From assembly GCA_017499595.2 (NCBI GenBank), contig CM038999.1:1054001-1118000 (forward strand): a stretch of DNA of 64,000 nucleotides. The letters run 5' to 3'. The DNA is from Psilocybe cubensis. Its lineage: Eukaryota. The notes under the pieces are model-generated. The model was not told where the DNA came from. It made no database searches and saw only the letters and a list, made by a program, of their open reading frames with translations. Below are positions 61,875-64,000 of the stretch, in pieces. Position numbers and translations under genes: made by a program. Positions within the stretch are counted from its first letter, which is position 1; every line of letters starts with the position of its first letter.

Positions 61875-64000
61875 ATGCATCTACCTTTTAACCTCCCTGA
61901 TCCCTCCGCACCCTTCCAGAAAACCCTGGACCTTGCAAAGTTAAACGAGAAAGCCAGAAAGTAGGTCTATCAGTGTTGCATCTCTCGAGATTAATCTTGA
62001 CCGTTATTCTGCCCTTCAGAGAGAAGGAGGAACCTATTCCTCCAGGTGTAGCCTTATTCCCCCCGGGGTTCTTCTTACCTCTTGAGAAAGTTGAACCATT
62101 GTACCCGCCTACCCCGCCCCCCGTCGTTTTTATTGGCAATGTCATCAAAGCCAAAATCGACGAAGAGGTTCGTGAGCATCAGGCTCGGGTGGAAGCAAAG
62201 GCGCGCGAAACCGATGGCCAGGCCGACCAACTTGAACCCCTGTTCGTCATGCCGCTTCCCGAGGAGAAAACCACGCGCAAGAAGTCTAAGAGAGAGAAGG
62301 AAGAAGACGAAAAGAAGGCGAAGGAAAAGCCGAAGAAAGTACTTCCTGAGTATCCAATGGTTCAATACATGGATCGAGACGACCATCCTACCTACAATGG
62401 CCGTTTTCTTAAGCTTCAAAAACGTTGTGGAAATATCAGGGTCGTTGGTCCTGAGTATTGCTTTGGGTTGGCCGAGAGGAACTTTGACGTTGACTACGAG
62501 GATCCTCGTCGCCCACCTCCCCCAACGTCTCGGCCATTGACTACTAATTGGCCCGTTAATCCTCTGGATGGGCCGCCACCCAAAAAGTCAAAGCCCCGTC
62601 CATTTGTTCCGAAGTTTAAGCCTGACATATACGTCGCCAACGTCACTAAATGGCCAGAAATTCCCCGTAGTTTTGGAAACCAACATGAGGACGCTGTTGT
62701 TCTTCCAACAGAATACAAACCCTATCCCACACTGTTGCGAGCACAGTTAGTTCCTCCTGCTCCAGCAAGTGAAGAACGTGATGTCGAGAAACGAGAACAA
62801 CTTGCGAAGCACCTGGACTCGGAAGTGTCGTCTCACCAAGTAGATCACCTGGCGTCTGACTCAAGTGCTGGTAGTACCAGTGCTGATTCCTTTCATACGG
62901 CCACCTTGTCATCAAATACCACAGAGCGTACTTCATCTTCCACTCCTTATTTCCTCCATCGTACTCCTAAGGCTCGTGACCGCAACGCAAATGAGCATGG
63001 ACAGCTTCAAAAACCGTTCACCCCCTTTGCGACGCCCGCACCCCAAGATACCTGTATGCCGTCTGAAATAAAGTTTTCTCCTCCTGCTGCCTGGTTGCAA
63101 TCCAGCACGCCGGACAAGCATGCACAAGAGTCGCCATCTTCCCCCCAGAATTGGGAATCTGCTGGTTCCAAAACTACTAAAGTTTTCAACATTGGCGCAG
63201 TTGACGCGTCAAAATTGAAGCTGGGGTCAGATGCTCGTCTTAAGGACGGCCCAGAGAATCGTAGAGCCGTCGTTCAGAGGGCACCATCGACATCTTCTAG
63301 AGTCGTTGAAAACTCAGAAACAGTTACTCCTCCACGTGTGGCACGACCACCCAAAGCGACTCATACTCGACAAGGCTCCAGACAAGCCATCTACTTTACC
63401 GACGAGCAGATTGCCGGCGTCGCATTGGCTTCCAGTCCTTCTCCGCCGACTCCACCGCCAAAGGATACTCCATATCTAGCTCAAATCCCGCCATATAAAC
63501 CGAAAGAGTCTGAAATACAATCGAAGCCGAATCCTCCTGCTTTCCAAAAGCGCAGCTCTTCGCCGACTCCTGGTCCAAATCATGGAACCACCCTTCCCCT
63601 CAGAATACACAAGCGAAATCCATCGAATCCTCTCGCCAAAGATCCTCGAGATGTTTTTGACTACGCGAGTGTAACGACAAGCCGTGCAGAGCCTCAGGCA
63701 AAACCGCAAGGACCTCCTCCCGTGCTTAGGCACCATGGCCATGTGAGGATAGTTAGACCTCCGTCGCGCAATGAATCATTGCCCATAAATGTCAAGAGCA
63801 ATGCGAGGCCGTCAACCTCGACGACCAAGTTTAGAACACCATTGGACCATGAAATACGTGCCAATAGCCACAATCGCTCCGCCAGTGAAAAGACGAATAA
63901 ACCTCAGAGCCACGGAATTGAAGAGCCACGGCCGGAGTACAATCGCTCTACGAGTGCCCTCGGCCATCATCGTCGCAATCACTCTGTGGCCCAACCTAGG
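61875..64000 (+). CDS. Large Pro/Ser/Arg-rich hypothetical protein, 3' partial; start uncertain
   Basis: After an intron at about 61961-62018 one frame (EKEEPIPPGV...KAKIDEEVREH...YMDRDDHPTY...) appears stop-free to the window end. Confidence 0.6.

Overview
Intron-rich fungal genomic DNA with short GT-AG introns of about 50-65 nt. The gene families point to a basidiomycete, most likely Agaricales; the species cannot be determined from the sequence. About 24 protein-coding genes are supported. In order: an MFS permease (3' part); two paralogous single-pass membrane proteins flanking THI6; a BTB protein; a Caprin-like RGG protein; a PhyH dioxygenase; an HtrL-like protein; an F-box-like protein; SWS1/ZSWIM7; three tandem aspartic proteases; a class-3 lipase; a large protein with a Ulp1-like C-terminus; a small basic protein; YSH1; a CorA-like protein; a 4-TM protein; CTF4; MTF1; a fucosyltransferase-like protein; CDC6; and a partial Pro-rich protein. 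I recognised no rRNA, tRNA, transposon or CRISPR. Three signals stand out. (1) An unannotated multi-intron, apparently structured plus-strand transcription unit (about 5.3-6.2 kb) runs divergent from THI6 and ends in an Sm-like site. (2) The Caprin-like protein carries the metazoan G3BP-binding motif FIQDS. (3) The Ulp1-like domain appears to lack its catalytic Cys. Gene boundaries and splice sites were read by eye and are approximate.
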